Shown: piece by piece, positions 14,731-26,690 of the stretch
How the letters are laid out: each line of letters opens with the position of its first letter
Position numbering within the stretch: the first letter of the stretch is position 1
NCBI GenBank assembly: GCA_030141605.1
Contig: JAQGDQ010000052.1
Coordinates: forward strand, 744,001 to 808,000
Reading direction: 5' to 3'
DNA length: 64,000 bases
From: Tubiluchus corallicola
Lineage: Eukaryota > Animalia > Priapulida
The notes under the pieces: model-generated
The model's database searches: none
What the model was told of the DNA's origin: nothing
Seen by the model: only the letters and a program-made list of their open reading frames with translations
Position numbers and translations under genes: made by a program

Positions 14731-15531
14731 CTAGCAAAGGCCCGGCAAAAGATTTTGCGTATAAATACACGTGTAATCAATAATACGCAAACGTCCTACC
14801 AAGTCCTCATTTATAACACAAAGCCCGTAACATCCTGCCTACTTACCTAACGCAAAGCCAGCAGCGTTTACTCCTGCCTACTGTATGTTGCAAAGCAGCT
14901 TTTTGCTGAATTAAAGTTATAGACACAATGGATGACGTCAGCACAATGGAATGCGTCGCAGTTTTCTAAGCGAGAATTTTCGCAGTTTTCTAAGCGAAAA
15001 TCGCCGAAAATAAAACACCTAATTAACTCGTCGATACTCCTCTCGGTGGACCTACCCTAAAATATAGCCCACATCATCGTGTAGCCCTGTCCTTCCTCTT
15101 TGTAAAGAGCCCCATATCTCCTTCCTAGAGTCCCACCGGACGACGCTAGAACGTTTTTCCCGCATGCTGTTTGGTAAAAATTTCGAAAAAATCGCGAGTT
15201 GTGTCCGGGAAAACGCCCGTTGCGGGACGCCCTGGCCCTCTCGGGAATTCTAAATATGCCTACTACACCCACCGCTGAACGGGCTATCTATCCATACCCA
15301 GTACCCCCCTCGGCCCGTTCCCGTTCTCTACATCTCAGCCGTATAACTTTTGCAATTTTTTGCAAAAAACGGCCGAAAAAGGGCCATTTTTGGGGTTTTT
15401 TCGCCCCCCGTTCCTCCCGGTGGGCCCGATTCGAAAAATAAACCATCAATGAGAAGACACTAGATCGAGACCTTTCGTTTGATATATAGATCGCCGCAAA
15501 TGGTGCCGTCGTCGAAGCTGTAGCCTCGAAT

Positions 15532-15567
<36 letters not shown>

Positions 15568-15610
15568 TATTAAGATACCAAGAATATTAATATAAGAGTA
15601 TAGATATAGA
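14731..15610 (-). mobile_element. Non-autonomous Helitron, copy 2
   Basis: Same termini and internal sequence as copy 1, 37 bp away. The 5' boundary is approximate. Confidence 0.85.
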
Positions 15611-15734
15611 TCTTTATTTAAATTCGGCTTTTGAATTAACAATTAACATAAGCTCAAAGACCTTTTGCCACCTGTAAATACCAAATCTACACCTACATAA
15701 CGGAGACTATTACCCAAATTTTACCCTAAATACC

Positions 15735-15860
15735 ACGCGCAAGGCAGGGCAACGGCATGCACCATTTCTAAAGTCTTTGGTACGACCCGCCGCTGTATCG
15801 AACTCGCGGTCTCCCAGATGGAAAATCACTGGACTAAACCAACGTTACCACTAGACTAAA
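15735..15860 (-). mobile_element. tRNA-derived SINE fragment
   Basis: Minus strand has A-box-like TAGTCTAGTGG (15858-15848) and B-box-like GTTCGATAC (15803-15795), followed by taccaaagactttagaaatggt, which resembles a conserved SINE core. Confidence 0.55.
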
Positions 15861-16082
15861 CCGTCTAGCCATTAAATTATGCAGAACACTAAATAATTTA
15901 ATCATTTCTTGTGTGTGTGTATGCTTAGCAACTGACGTTGAGAAACGCAAACCTCGCGAATAAATGGAGGGGTGACCACTATGAAAACGGCCCTCAACTA
16001 TTTCTCTGCTTTCATGTTAGACTAGCGTCCTAGCGTCCTAGCAATGGTCACGCGATGGAGGCAATGGCTTTTTCACGAAGAT

Positions 16083-19000
16083 TTAACATTCGCGTTCACT
16101 ATTCCTGTACTTGTCTTGCAATTCGCATTTCAAGTGATTGAAAAGGATCTTATTTCTTGCATTGTCTTCGTCTCTTCTCTTATGAAATGAAGCCCGTGTT
16201 TTCAGTCCTAGGTGTATGACAAAAGCATTGCTCAGCACGAAGAACTTGTAGCCAGCCATGTGCAACTCGCATGCCTGAAACAAAAGCAATTTAGCCGATC
16301 ATTGAAAGTTCTGGTTACACACAGACAGGGCTGGATTACCCTATCATCATCTCATCATCATCATCATCATCACCGTCATCGCCGTCATCTTTATCGTCAC
16401 TGTCATCATTGTCATTAACGTCATCATCATTGTAGTCATCGTCCTCAAATCATCGTTATTATCATCGTCGTCAAATTGATTTGTTTGCAAAATTTACTAG
16501 TATGCCAAAGAATGTTACGTTGAAAGTAATTTCATTGAATAGAAACACGATTTTTCGAGTAAGCACGCCCGTTCTTCAAATGTTTGCAATCATCGTATAT
16601 TTATAGAGAATGAAACTTTAGTTAATACGTCATTTAACCAAATTCAAGTTACGGATGCTAAAATTTCTAAAATTAAAACACAACGAAATTAATTTTGCAT
16701 GTTAAAACTTGTTACTCGATCGTATCACAATATACGTTACTTGCAAGAGGAATATAAGCCAAGCAAAATTTGATAAAAAAGATGTACATTTCGTGTTGTG
16801 TTTTGTTTCTCTCGGAAGGCTCGTAGAGAAAACCAGAAAACACTCCATCAAATTAAACTAGTTTATTAAGCGAGAATTCTGTAAGACAAAAGTATGCAGG
16901 AACGCGAAATGTTTACAGTAAGCCTGAAAATCTGGAAAACGTTTAAGTGTATCTGAAAATGCAAGTATACAAGAGAATGTGTAACTGGCGTCCGCGTGAA
17001 TCTGTGTGTCTCCCTCAGTGGCCTGCTTCGCCTTATATAGGGTGCCAGGGAACATTCCAGACGTTTCTCTCTAGAACATTCTACAAGGTAAGACGATTAT
17101 TCTAATGAAACATTCTACAATGTTCTATTTAATTCTAATAGATGCCAGCGATCTCCACAACAATAGGCTGCAGCCTAGGGCGATTAAAGCATGTGAGGTC
17201 CATACTGTGCATTGCTGAATAATTCATAAAACTTAAAATAAAATTTTAACTTTAAAAAAGGAGGCTAAGAAATCTGGAAATCTGCAAAAGTGGCTTCTCA
17301 TTTGAGATAAAAGGTCCCTGTTTGACGCCTTTTACTTGAAACAATGGGCCCTTGTTTATGGCCCTTTAATAAGCTAAGGGCCTTGAGATAAGGGCCCCTC
17401 TTTGAACCCTTATGTAGCCCCAGCTATGCAAATGTTGGTGAAATATATCACAAAGTGTTCGAGACGTGTGTGAGCAAACTAGAGGGTGGTTCCATCTCAG
17501 GGGGCCCCATAATTTCATTAGCGTAGGTGCCTCAAAAGATCATAATCTGGCCCTGTGTACAGGGTTTAACATCTAACCTTTTGCTAGGAAGACGTGATAG
17601 AAAAACAAGTATATACTGATACAGAACAACTTATTGCATCGATGCAAAGCGGAATTAATTGAGAATCTGTCACACAGATTGCAATTTTGAAGCGTACGAT
17701 CGGGGCAGATTGAACTAAATGGCCTCGAAATTCAGCAGGCCCCATTCCGAGGAATCCATTAAAGGTCCAGTGACACCCTGGCAGACTGTCTGACATAAGG
17801 CAGTAATGACAGATGATTTTGTTTCCTGGGATTTCTAGGCGTACGCAGACTGTCTGACATAAGGCAGTAATGACAGATGATTTTGTTCCCTGGGATTTTT
17901 AGGCGTACACAGACTGTCTGACATAAGGCAGTAATGACAGATGATTTTGTTCCCTGGGATTTTTAGGCGTGCGCAGACTGTCTGACATAAGGCAGTAATG
18001 ACAGATGATTTTGTTTCCTGGGATTTTTAGGCGTGCGCAGACTGTCTGACATAAGGCAGTAATGACAGATGATTTTGTTTCCTGGGATTTTTAGGCGTGC
18101 GCAGACTGTCTGACATAAGGCAGTAATGACAGATGATTTTGTTTCCTGGGATTTTTAGGCATGCGCAGACTGTCTGACATAAGGCAGTAATGACAGATGA
18201 TTTTGTTCCCTGGGATTTTTAGGCGTGTGCAGACTGTCTGACATAAGGCAGTAATGACAGATGATTTTGTTCCCCAGGGATTTTTAGGCGTGCGCAGACT
18301 GTCTGACATAAGGCAGTAATGACAGATGATTTTGTTCCCTGGGATTTTTAGGCGTGTGCAGACTGTCTGACATAAGGCAGTAATGACAGATGATTTTGTT
18401 CCCTGGGATTTTTAGGCGTGCGCAGACTGTCTGACATAAGGCAGTAATGACAGATGATTTTGTTTCCTGGGATTTTTAGGCATGCGCAGACTGTCTGACA
18501 TAAGGCAGTAATGACAGATGATTTTGTTCCCTGGGATTTTTAGGCGTGTGCAGACTGTCTGACATAAGGCAGTAATGACAGATGATTTTGTTCTGTGGAC
18601 TTTTTAGGCGTGTGCAGACTGTCAGACATAAGGCAGTAATGACAGATGATTTTGTTTCCTGGGATTTTTAGGCGTGCGCAGACTGTCTGACATAAGGCAG
18701 TAATGACAGATGATTTTGTTTCCTGGGATTTTTAGGCGTGCGCAGACTGTCTGGCATAAGGCAGTAATGACAGATGATTTTGTTCTGTGGACTTTTTAGG
18801 CGTGTGCAGACTGTCTGACATAAGGCAGTAATGACAGGTAATTTTGTTCCCTGAGATTTTTAGGCGTGCACAGACTGTCTGACATAAGGCAGTAATGACA
18901 GATGATTTTGTTCTGTGGACTTTTTAGGCGTGTGCAGACTGTCTGACATAAGGCAGTAATGACAGATTGTTAAATTTTATATCGGCATTCGACAATCCAG

Positions 19001-22000
19001 AGTGGACATTTTTATACAGTCAACATATGACCCAGATTGTGACCTACTGTTTCGCGTACATAGATTGACTTTTGTAGACAGGAGAAGTTATTTGGTCATG
19101 TGTAAAGTTCAAAACACCTAAATGATGTCGGACCAAACAACAAGGGAGAAATTAAAAAATACGACCCGTGATCAGTTGCGAGAAATGCTGCGGGCCAAAC
19201 AACTGTCAGTTTCTGGTAGTAAAGAAGAGTTAATTCATAGACTCTTAGCAAGTCAGCAGAAACCAGATCATTCATATAATGTGACGTCATGTGAAGCGTC
19301 TGGTACGTCGTCGTATGCTGACGCAGCTACAGCGACAGCGCAGCATCAAGTTGGCGAGCGCAGCCCTTCCAAAGCATCTTCAGGTGCTAGTTATTCGAAA
19401 TCTACGAGACGGTCGAAGAAAAGTGCCAGGGAATTAAAGTTGCATGAGATTAAGATTCAGGAATAGGAGCTGAAATTAAAAGCAATGAAATTAAAACAGT
19501 TAAGACTTGAGAGTGAAGTTACTTCACATAGCAGTGCAACCAGTCAGAAGTTGCGTACAACCATCACATCGCCTGAAATCAAGGACGAGACTTTAGCTAG
19601 GAAACCCATGTCAACCAAGGACAAGGTTACCGATTGGCTTCAAGGAGTGCGTGACGTCACCAAAGCCCAGTCATCAGACACCAAGCCTGCAGTTCATCAT
19701 ATGTCTATGGAGGCCTATCTCACCATGGCAACGAACGACAGTTATGCTAAGGGAGCTCTTGTCTTGGCGCACAGTTTGCGTCGAACTGGTACAGCTCGAC
19801 ATCTAGCAATTTTGGTCACCCATACTGTTTCTAGCAGAGTTATGGCAGAGCTTAGTAATGTTTTTGATTATGTATAATTAGTGATTTTGATAACTTGCAT
19901 TTGCTAGGTAGGCCAGAGCTAAATGTAACGTTCTCGAAATTGCACTGCTGGGCTATGACACAGTTTACTAAATGCGTTTACTTAGATGCTGATACTTTAG
20001 TATTAGATAATATTGATGAGTTATTCAATTATAATGAGCTTGCGGCTGCCCCAGATGTGGGGTGGCCTGATTGTTTTAATTCTGGAATGTTTGTATTTCA
20101 GCCTAGTTTGGAAACTTACAGTAGATTGTTGTCACTGTCACAAACTGAGGCCTGTTCATTCGATGGCGGTGATCAGGGTTTATTAAATTTAGCCTTTCCG
20201 AACTGGAGTTCACAGTTTGACAAGCGCCTACCTTTTGTGTATAGTGCTGCCGTCCAAGGTCGTTACGGTTACCTTCCTGCAATGAAGCAGTTCAGTAGCA
20301 AGGTTAAAGTTGCGCACTTTTTAGGCCGAAAGAAGCCCTGGCATTATACTGAATATGTAAACGGGGAGATCTCCGTCAATTTTTCGGATGACTATGAATC
20401 AGGTTTTCTTCGTAGATGGTGGGATATCTATTTGTCTGATGTACAGCCCTTCTTCCAAAATTCTCCCAGTGAAGGTTTAGAACCTAGCGTTAAACAAACT
20501 ACGCCGTTCTTCCATGCCGCATTTAAATCACCCCAGGTAGAACAAGCTTTAAATATTTCTGCACGTGACTTCGTCCCAGGGAATACGCAACTTCCGCTTC
20601 CGGCTACATGAATATGGTGCAAACAATAAACAGTTATACTGAGCAAATGATGACTTTGTTTGTTTGTCTCCGTAAAGCCCAAACACAGATGATTTTGTTC
20701 CCTGGGCTTTTTAGGTGTGTGCAGACTGTCTGACATAAGGCAGTAATGACAGATGATTTTGTTTCCTGGGATTTTTAGGCGTGCGCAGACTGTCTGACAT
20801 AAGGCAGTAATGACAGATGATTTTGTTTCCTGGGATTTTTAGGCGTGCGCAGACTGCCTGACAAGGCAGTAATGACAGATGATTTTGTCCCCTGGAATTT
20901 TTAGGCATGCGCAGACTGCCTGACAAGGCAGTAATGACAGATGATTTTGTTCCCTGGGATTTTTAGGCATGCGCAGATTGTCTGACAAAAGGCAGTAATG
21001 ACAGGTGATTTTGTTCCTGGGATTTTTAGGCGTGCGCAGACAGTCTCACATAAGGCAGTAATGACAGATGATTTTGTTTCCTGGGATTTTTAGGCGTGCG
21101 CAGACTGTCTGACATAAGGCAGTAATGACAGATGATTTTGTTCTCTGGGATTTTTATGCGTGCGCAGACTGTCTGACATAAGGCAGTAATGACAGATGAT
21201 TTTGTTTCCTGGGATTTTTCGGCGTGCACAGACTGTCTGACATAAGGCAGTAATGACAGATGATTTTGTTCCCTGGGATTTTTAGGCGTGCGCAGATTGT
21301 CTGACATAAGGCAGTAATGACAGATGATTTTGTTTCCTGGGATTTTTAGGCATGCGCAGACTGTCTGACATAAGACAGTAAAGATAGATAATTTTGTTTC
21401 CTGGGCTTTACTGACGTTTTGAGCGTGTGCAGACCGGGTATACTGTCTGACTTAATGTGAGGTTCAAAAGTAAAAGAAAACGAAAAACTAAGAAGAAGTG
21501 TCTTTCAGACAACGTATTTTAACTCATTAAAATAGCGCTCTCTACATTTTTAGACATTACAATACATTTTCGGCCGTTTTTTGCAAAAGTTGTACGTCTG
21601 AGATCTGGAGAACGGGAACGGGCCACGGGTGGTGTTAGCTATGATTAAAATGTATTGTAATAGATAGCCCGTGCAGCGGTTGGTGTAGTAGGCGTATTTA
21701 GAATTCGTGAGAGGGCCACGGCGTCCCGTAACGGACGTTTTCCTGGACCTAACTCACGATGCAGAAAAAACGTTCTAGCCGTACCTGGTGGGACTCTCGA
21801 AATGAGATATACGGCCCTTTAGAAAGAGGAAGAAGAGGTGCCTTTCAGACAACATTTTTCAACTCATTAAAATAGTGGTCCCTACATTTTTAGACACATG
21901 GGAAAACCTTCGTGGCCTTTTTTTCGAATGTGCAAATGAGATTTCAGAGAAAAAAAACATCAAATATTTAGGTAAAAAATATTCTTCTAGTTTAAAGTTT

Positions 22001-25000
22001 GACTGCTGAGCAACGTGCGTATAAGTTTGATGTAATCGACCACCTATATTCTACGTGTAGCTGCCCAAACTTTATTATTCGCCATGCCTAGCAGGATAGA
22101 TGGGCGATTAAGTTTGTGACAAAGGGAAATGATGTCCTATCCTCACTGCGGCCGCATTCTGTGTCATTTTACGTTGAATTAACGTGTAAAAAATCAGAAG
22201 AAATATTTCAAAATGCGAAGAAAGGGAGGTTGTTGTCATTAAGATCATGACGGTACCAACGGCGCTCATTTTAAGTTACCGTATCACATAGAAGCATGCA
22301 TCAAAACTGTTTTAAAAATTATGAAACATGTAAATCCGCCTATGCTATAAAAGAAAATTACATGAAAAATAGTGTTGTGAAAGTCATTTTTGAAGTTGTT
22401 GATCAATCACTTTGTTATGATTGAGTTTCGGCACAGAAGTATGAACAAGAATAAAACATCTACATGTATAATACATATTTGGCACTGCACACAACAGAAA
22501 AGTGTTTATTAAAACAGAAACATGAGTAGCATGACTGCTGCACTGAGAGTGAGAGTGAGAGTGACTAGAAAGCAAAACCAGTCAGTATATATAGGTATAG
22601 GTGACCTATGCAGACTTGCACAGGCTTCACAACAACCATTACTTTAAAATAGGGAGAGAACCAGTGAATATGCATTCACTGGACCATACAATTATACTGG
22701 GGGTAAGTCCGCTGGTAGAATGTAACAGGAGTAGCCAATAGATGGCAGCACCTAATTATAATGTACGATTCCAAGTGTCATAGGATCTTTTACTATGTTC
22801 TAAACAGACCTTTGTCTAAATCTACGTAGACAAAAGCATGGTAACGCGTCAGTAGTGTCTGAGTGATTGGCGTAATTTATTAGGAAGCCACAAAGTAAAG
22901 TTGGAAAGTGTTTTGCTGTAGGAATACACATGCTAGTGTCGAAGAATCCATTGCAAATAACGCAAGTAGCTCGTTTGATTTAATTGAACTATTGCGTACT
23001 TAAGCAATTAGTTCTTTTACAATATCTATATACATTTTAATTACATTAGTGTCTCTCTTTCTGTAAATGTTTCGAATGTCATTATTTTCTAAGTTGCGTT
23101 CGAGATTTACTCTTGTATCTTGTCTAACCAATGGTAACAGACAATGAAAAATTAAATGTTCTGGGGTTTGACTGCCCAAACCGCAAGCACACAGATCTTA
23201 AGTTATTAGTTGTGCTAAACTTAAAAATTAAAGAATTACTTCCAAAATTTGGCGCCTTAGGCAACTGCCTAGTTTGCCTAGTGGTAGAGCCTTCCCCGAG
23301 TGGAGCTCTTAAACGTAGTAGATTAACAGTAGGAGAAATGGCAATAAATGCTGGCTGGTGCAACGAATCACCACTAGGTGGCTTTGAGAAGATGGAGACT
23401 TGTACTGTGTTTTTATTAGTTGGCTAATAAAATAATTCCTGTATTTACAACACCATTAGATTTACCAGTCAGTAAGTATGACAGATATATAGAAACAAGT
23501 GCGTCAGCTCTTCTACTTGGAAGAGGTCGCAAATCATTGAAATACAGGATAGGCTGAGACTGAAGGAGAGCAGACTAGACCAGGGGACTTGGCATTACTA
23601 TCTGTTATATTTATTGTGTTTGATGTTCAATAAACGTGTAGTTTTATAATCAGACTCTTCATAGTTTTGCCATCCCTAAAACCCCAATAATCAGCTATAC
23701 ACCGCCAATACAACGATTTATTTAACTATAGAGTCAGTCGAAATGACAATTTATTATTGAATATTACACTTTAAATGAGGAACGACCAGCTTACCTACAG
23801 GAACAGAGTTTGCGAGAAATGCCTGAGAAATGTGAACTGAGCTGCACATGCTACGAAAGACACGGCCACTGACAAGGGTCTACAGCAGACCTCCTCTTTT
23901 TATAAGCTCAGGTGTGCACGTGACTAGTGGCTTTTACTAACACAAGGTCAGAATGTGAGTCTGTGCTAGATAAAGCCACGTTCACATGCACACCTGAGAA
24001 GTCTACTGTATTCCTCTGCCAGCATTACATTTCATTTCATCACAGACCAGTTCCTTTATTGGACAAAGATTTTCGAAACCTGGCTTTATTGCTGGCTGTT
24101 TATTGCTGTTTAAACTGATCTTCAACACAGAAGTACCGACTGTAAATTTTACTTTTACTTGATGAACCTCTTCCTGTTTGTGTCAGAGAGTGTTAGAAAA
24201 CGGTTGCTTGTATTTTAAATCATGATTATTCAATGGTCAAATGCTCAGGAAATGGTCACTTCAATGGTCAAATGATCAGGAAAACAACTAAAAAACACTT
24301 TCGTCTTACCTGTGAGATCCGGTTGTAACCATATCCGCGAAATCTTTCGTCATATTTTGAGAATCCCTTTTTGGCTATGTAGTACGGTTCCCACAGAGGG
24401 TGCCACACTACTTGATAAAGGACTCGCATCTCTTCACCAAAATCTGCCAGCCATTGCCCATAGTTCGTCATATTTTGGCAATGAGGACAAATGTCTGCGT
24501 AGAATGGCCTGATGATGGTCACATTTGCTGCTACCAATTGAATCAGTTCTTGTTTATTCTCTGGCAACAGTGCGTCCTTCTCCATTTCAAATGCCGGGAC
24601 GACGTAGGCATGGTTGTCACTATCATCGTCGAACTGCAAGTCCCTCCGCGATTGTTTCCTTTGAAGAAATTGCAGAAAGTCTTCGTACAGATTGACATTA
24701 ACCACCATGTCAATATCGAGAACAAAAACGTATTCAGTAGTGGCGCCATCTGTGGCAACATTACGTAAAAAGTTTATGGGATAAACGGAATTTTTATTTT
24801 GATAATTAAAGGTTAACTTCTTTACAGAATTATTCTTATCACAATTTGGAAATCCGCAGAATGACTCAACTCTGCAGTTGTGGTTATGAATGTCACTCCC
24901 ACATTGATGAAAATCTACGAGTGTGGTAAAGTTGACGTTCCTATGGTTACGTAGTCTGACAAGATGGAAGCTCACATGCTGACGTATTGCAGAGAAACAA

Positions 25001-25389
25001 TGACGTAATCTACAAATACTCTCACTGGCTGCCATAACATCGTCATCAGTTGGGGCAAAAACGGCAACCGAAATTTCATTTTGCCAACGCCTTCTCAACG
25101 AAATCAGATACGGCAGATTGTCTACCGATGTCTGAGTGACGACAGTAACACCAAATACGTCAGAATCTTGATGACGAGTCGCTGCCTCACTGCGTACTAA
25201 ATTGTAGATGACGTCATACTGTACCTCGCTGTCATGAAGAAATTTTGCGGTTTCAGTTCTGTAATGTTCACAAATCCGCGACTTCTTGAACAGCAAAAAG
25301 TCTCTTTTAATTGTCCCCAATCCGATGAGAACCAACACAACTATAATATTGCTATAAGTTAAATAAACTTTCACGTGTTCTGATTTCAT
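16083..25389 (-). CDS. B4GAT1: Beta-1,4-glucuronyltransferase 1-like (GT49, B4GAT1/B3GNT1); exons 25389-24310 and 16274-16083 (about 423 aa)
   Basis: N-terminal hydrophobic anchor, VTVVTQTS, YPINFLRNVA, DxD motif (LDID), VVPAFE, WEPYY. Splicing CAG|GTAAGA to TTTCAG|GCA gives YDERFRGYGYNRISQ|ACELHMAGYKFFVLSNAFVIHLG, matching the B4GAT1 C-terminal motif. The start Met is inferred; the ORF is open further upstream. Confidence 0.93.
16810..17162 (-). mobile_element. Solo-LTR-like dispersed repeat, related to 30332-30628
   Basis: Shares cggaaggctcgtagagaaaac...ccacaaca with the 30.3-kb copy; TATA and polyA motifs on the minus strand. No TSD seen. Confidence 0.5.
17781..18967. repeat. 64-bp tandem satellite array, left part (about 18.5 units)
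   Basis: Unit gcagactgtctgacataaggcagtaatgacagatgattttgtt(t/c)cctgggatttttaggcgtgc; period 64 (for example 17941 to 18005). Confidence 0.97.
18968..20685 (+). mobile_element. 1718-bp BEL/Pao-like retroelement derivative carrying glycogenin
   Basis: TGTT...AACA termini; TSD CAGAT at 18963-18967 and 20686-20690, which restores an intact satellite unit when the insert is removed; AATAAA at 20625-20630 followed by a U5-like end; gag-like N-terminus. Confidence 0.8.
19122..20611 (+). pseudogene. GYG: Disrupted SAP/gag-glycogenin fusion; glycogenin GT8 domain about 19707-20449
   Basis: EAYLTMATNDSYAKGALVLAHSLR, RPELNVTFSKLHCW, YLDADTLV, APDVGWPDCFNSGMFVFQPS, SFDGGDQGLLN, YGYLPAMKQF, HFLGRKKPW. 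It has no introns, stops at 19464 and 19875, and a frameshift near 19880. Confidence 0.92.
20686..21455. repeat. 64-bp tandem satellite array, right part (about 11.5 units)
   Basis: Same unit, resuming in register after the TSD and degenerating at about 21375-21455. Confidence 0.95.
21565..21840 (+). mobile_element. Diverged internal fragment of the same Helitron family, opposite orientation
   Basis: cattttcggccgttttttgcaaaagtt...gagaacgggaacgggcc...tgtagtaggcgtatttagaatt is the reverse complement of about 14230-14500. Confidence 0.8.
22373..22634 (-). mobile_element. Solo-LTR-like insertion
   Basis: TGTTGTGAA...TTCACAACA 9-bp terminal inverted repeats; TATATA and AATAAA on the minus strand; it interrupts a repeat also seen intact at about 290-400. 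Confidence 0.5.
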
Positions 25390-26255
25390 GTTGCTTGACT
25401 GTATGCGCCTGGTGTTTTTTCGCAAAAAATAAACAAGATGAACCGGATACGTGATTTCAGGACAGAAAATTGTGATTTGCAACTCGGCTAATTGCATGTG
25501 AACTAACATACTGACAACCAAGCTCAGTTAACGCTGACCTAATGGCCCCACATAACAGCCTAATGACTTAGAGACTTCATTGAGACTTACCAGGGGCTAT
25601 AAATTGCACCGTTAACCACGTCTAAATGTCACTACTGCACTGTGTCACTAAACTTTTAGGAAACTCAAACAGTGATTCCCTGCAGCAAAATTACTTGATA
25701 TTGATGACTTAAAAATTGACTTAACGGTTGTTGTTATGGGCAAATTACCCAATTACCCATCTAATTTGTTTTTTATTTTTCCAGCATGAGGGAGCCAAAA
25801 ACTAAAGGGGACAAATGGGCAATTGCTGGCAGAGACTAACTTGTAATGTGGATAATGCAATTTTTATATGAGAAATTTAATGTCATGCTTCATAAACATA
25901 AACAGTGTGCTCTCTCTAGCCGAACGAAGTAAATGATTTTTGTAAATCTAAGTTTATTAATTAGATAGCAATTTTCTGTGTAATCTTTTTGTTCAAATTT
26001 CTGTAGTTTTTTTTCAAATTGCATTACTGCAAATTTTATGCATTTTTTTTTGTTTTTTCTCCTTTAGAAAATAAAGACTGCAGTACACACCTTATGAAAG
26101 GAACTGTCGTGTTTTGCTGTGTTAACAGTTGTTTTGATTGAACTAATCGTCATTTCGTCATTTTGGACAAGAAGAATAGTTGGGTGATGACTTAGGAACC
26201 GAAATTAAGCAAAGAACCTCACGGTTGTCATAAATATGAAATTTTACATCAACGT

Positions 26256-26690
26256 TAGGGGTGAGCATCGAACGTTCGAGTTCGAACATTCGAATCGAAT
26301 TCCAACGCTCGAATTCGATTCGAATGAGTTTGTTTAGTTCGAACTCCATTCGAATCCAAAACTATAGATTCGAATAATTCAGCACTTCAATCACATATGT
26401 TCATTATCACTAAAACGATTGAAACAACATGCAATTAGCGTGATTTAGCTGTGATCTCTGCGATTTAAACAAATTACTAGTCGTTTTATTGCAGAACAAA
26501 ATCTAGTGATATGCATAATGTTTGTAAGACTAATTTTTACTGGTGGTTCGAAAACCTGTTCGAAAATCATTCAATCTCAATTCGAATTCGGTTCGAATTC
26601 GAAACACTGAAGTTCGGTTCGATTCGAATTCGAAAGTCACAAATTCGGTTCGATTCGAATTCGCTTTCTGGTAGAGAATGCTCACCCTTA
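26256..26690. mobile_element. hAT-type MITE
   Basis: TIRs TAGGGGTGAGCAT / ATGCTCACCCTTA; degenerate 8-bp TSD ATCAACGT / ATCAGCAT; many subterminal TTCGAA motifs. Confidence 0.85.

Noticed and set aside
14324-15441. Repeated about 80-aa ORFs (also at 28317)
   Set aside because: They lie inside non-autonomous Helitron copies, start at non-ATG codons, vary in frame at the ends and show no known motif.
17781-21455. CRISPR-like regular repeat array
   Set aside because: Units are contiguous with no unique spacers, there are no cas genes, and the context is a eukaryotic intron.
23401-24050. Two further solo-LTR-like segments
   Set aside because: TG...CA ends and polyA motifs are only suggestive; there is no TSD and no second copy in the window.
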